Positions 61,287 to 64,000 of a DNA stretch of 64,000 nucleotides are shown here, piece by piece. Both the position numbers and the translations under genes were made by a program. The notes beneath the pieces were generated by a model that did no database searches, was not told the origin of the DNA, and saw only the letters and a program-made list of their open reading frames with translations. Each line of letters begins with the position of its first letter. Position 1 is the first letter of the stretch. Origin of the DNA: Cetorhinus maximus (Eukaryota); assembly GCF_964194155.1 (NCBI RefSeq), contig NC_135879.1:192014001-192078000 (forward strand), given 5' to 3'.

Positions 61287-61350
61287 TCAGGTTCCCGACA
61301 GCGGGTTGACAGTAGGGAATTAAGGTTGAGATGGACTGAAGATGGGCTGA
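61287..61350 (+). repeat. 64-bp orphan copy of transposon-internal sequence
   Basis: 60/64 identical to 61922-61985. Confidence 0.93.
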
Positions 61351-61844
61351 CCACTCAGTTCATGCTTTCTTCTGTAAAATTATACCAGTGAACTTTGCTG
61401 TTAAAACACATTTTAAAAAAGGGGAGTGCAGAACTCAAAGACAATAGGTGTGAAATGAAGGTTAATAGCCATTGTTTTGTTTATTATGCAACTTGGATGC
61501 ATATACAGAGCTCTCTCCACCCCATATAGAAAATTAAATAGAAACAATATAACTTGGATCTTCTGGCCCAGTATCGTAGCCAGATATCTGTGCATCAATT
61601 GTTTTGCTTATAACATTTGCTGTGATAACAACTTTGAGATATGCATGTTTCCATCGCTGACTGGTCTAACATGGCCTTTGATAGGTTGTAATTACTCTTC
61701 ACCATGTGCCATTGTCTTGCAATATGAAAACAGAATGCAAGTTAAGCAGGAAACAGGAAAACTGCCTAACCACACAGCAGTTACTGCTACTGAATTGAGT
61801 GCAACCTAACCCTGCCATGTTCTGATCAGTTTGAGGAAACTCAT

Positions 61845-63130
61845 GGGCTGGAATTTTGTGCTGCTACAGGCAGTAGGAAATGAGGTAGGTAGGTGCACAG
61901 AATTGTGCGGAACGTGAAATGTCAGGTGCCCGACAGCGGGTTGACAGTAGGGAATTAAGGTTGAGGCGGACTGAAGACGGGCTGATCTTCCCGACGGCAA
62001 GTGGCGGGAACTTACTTTTAATGCACTGGCATGTCATGCACTCTCATTAAAACACCATTTCGCCAGATTAAATTGGACCTTTGTAATTAACTCTGCAGCG
62101 AACAAAAAACATGAGCCTTCAGCTAAAGGTGACGTGCAATAGATGAGGATGTCTTCCTGGTGGATTTGGATTGAGTAGGAGCTGCTTTTCTTTCATGGGG
62201 AGCTTTGTTTGATGACGGGAGAAGGGGACTTGATGCATTGAGATTGGATCGTAGCAGTGGAAGGGAATCGGGATATGGCTGACCGAGGGAGGGAGGGAGG
62301 GGCAGAGGAAGAGAGACTGTGCAGGGGGATCGGGGCTTGGCAGGGCAACGGAGGGAAGGTGGGTAATGATGGACTAGGAAGGTAGATGGGGGATAGATGG
62401 AAGAAGGTGGACTGCACAGGGAAGGTCAATATTTGCAAGCAGGGGGTCAAGCATGATTTTGGGGAGATCCAGGGTTGTAGAGGGAAGATAAATAGTGAGG
62501 TCCTGAGAGTTGAGGGTAACAGAGGGCATGTTAAGGCTCATGCAGAGGGTTATGATGAGGGTAGGTCCAAGATTCCAGGTGGGTGGCAGGGGTGGGGGTT
62601 GTGGGTGGCCGAGGCGCGGGTGGTGTTGCAGGTCAATGGTGACAGAGGAATCTCTGGGGTGAATGAAAGTTGAGAAGAGTGATGGTGGGTAGCTTGAGGG
62701 TCAATGAAGGAAGGACAAGGGTGATGAGTGAGGGCCGATTCTGATGGAGGGAAGGTCAGAGGTGACTGAGGGAGGAGCAGCAGTTGAGGTTATCTGTGCG
62801 ATTGGAAGGGAAGGATGAGCAGGTGGTGGCAGCAGCTGTAGTCTCAAGGTGTCAACTCACACAGCCAGACTTGTACTGCTGGATTGCAGGGTGTGAACGC
62901 CTGTCCTTTAAATGTGGCACCCAGAACTTTTTCCCCTGTGACATAATGGCAGGGTTGTTGTTTTCTTGCCCGCCACCACCGCACAACTGGCCGGGCACCT
63001 CCCCCATGAATATCTAATTGGTTGGCTGCTGCATGATTGTGTGCGGCCAGCCATCCCGCTTACGAGCAGAAGTCCCGCGTGCTTCCGGTCCTGCTGTTGA
63101 TGCACTTGACCCTACAACAAGATTCCAACC
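61845..63130. mobile_element. Harbinger-like non-autonomous element with purine-rich interior
   Basis: TIRs gggctggaatttt ... aagattccaacc; tttaaatgtggcacc is shared with the Myb-carrying element (28916-28930). Confidence 0.7.
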
Positions 63131-63233
63131 AGGGTTTCCAACATTATCCTCATCAGTCACTGAGAAGTGCCCCAAAGGACTTGAGGCCTCTAATAATCCA
63201 GTCATCATCAACAAAAGGTCACATTGACACTGT

Positions 63234-63291
63234 GGGCCCGATTTTACTCCATTCAAAATCCAGCCTCTAACACAGAGTTAAAATAGGGCCC
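63234..63291. mobile_element. 58-bp mini-MITE / hairpin
   Basis: gggcccgattttactc ... gagttaaaatagggccc inverted arms. Confidence 0.6.
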
Positions 63292-63854
63292 AATGTATGA
63301 TGCTATGAGGGAGAGTGTGTGCTAACTGTATGGACTTATTAGTTATTTAGCAGAGTAATTGCTTAAAGGAGAATCAATGTATTTGATATCCCTGATTTTA
63401 ACCAATGCAAAAAAAGGTGGAAAAAATGAATATCATCTGTGTTAAACTTTTATTATTTTCCTATCTTAAATAAGCCATATGGATGTGTAAAAAATGTTAA
63501 TCAATATGTTAAATTTTGCACACATGCAGGAAATTAAGCTTACATCGACTAATTTTCTTTCACCATATTTCTGTTTAAATGGTGACCATTGGAGAAACTG
63601 GGGGTAAGGGCTTTAAGCCAAGGTTCTCCTGCAATCATGTGATTTAAATTATCTGCATTAATTCAGTCTCCTTGCTCTCAGATAGAATAGAAGTAATTTA
63701 ATCGCTGTCTATCTGGCAGAAAAGGAGCAAGCAGTTAGAATTGTTCGGGAGACTAATTCGCTGATGCCCTGCTTTCTTCCTAAATTCTTTGCTTTTAGCT
63801 TGTTCTTCTGAGCAGATGGGAAACATCACCCACTGGAAGCTGGTGGGATATGAA

Positions 63855-64000
63855 CATACAAATGTACACAATAGGAGCAGGAGTAGACCATTCAGCCCCT
63901 CGAGCTTGCTCCGCCATTCAATAAAATCACTGTTGATCTGTTTGTATTTCTAATTCCACATTCCCATCTACCCCTGATAACCTTTGATTCCCTTGCCTAA
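63855..64000 (-). mobile_element. CR1 3' end running off the window
   Basis: Near-identical to 5200-5340 (aataggagcaggagtagaccattc...cctttgattcccttgcctaa). Confidence 0.9.

Overview
Vertebrate, repeat-rich, non-coding-looking DNA (intron or intergenic). The repeat complement (CR1 LINEs, L2 tails, Penelope-type terminal fragments, tRNA-derived SINEs, GC-rich PIF/Harbinger-like non-autonomous elements, one RTE fragment) matches what I recall of elasmobranch (shark) genomes; the species cannot be determined. No intact host protein-coding gene, rRNA, true tRNA or CRISPR array could be supported. Every recognisable ORF is a broken retrotransposon or transposon frame, and a few short exon-like segments are only low-confidence candidates. 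The most interesting structure is a ~3.2 kb minus-strand LINE (49681-52867). Its 5' end is a tRNA-derived Pol III head placed about 100 bp from the endonuclease start, leaving no room for ORF1. Its first ~300 bp plus last ~75 bp reproduce the SINE found several times in the window, so the SINE looks like an internal-deletion derivative of this LINE. Other notable items: a Harbinger-like family with readable 3-bp (mostly ANT) target duplications, multi-level nesting, two local ~65-bp templated duplications, motif/palindrome arrays inside transposons, and a hammerhead-like remnant in a Penelope fragment. All family names come from motif recognition by eye, not database searches; boundaries without a TSD are approximate.
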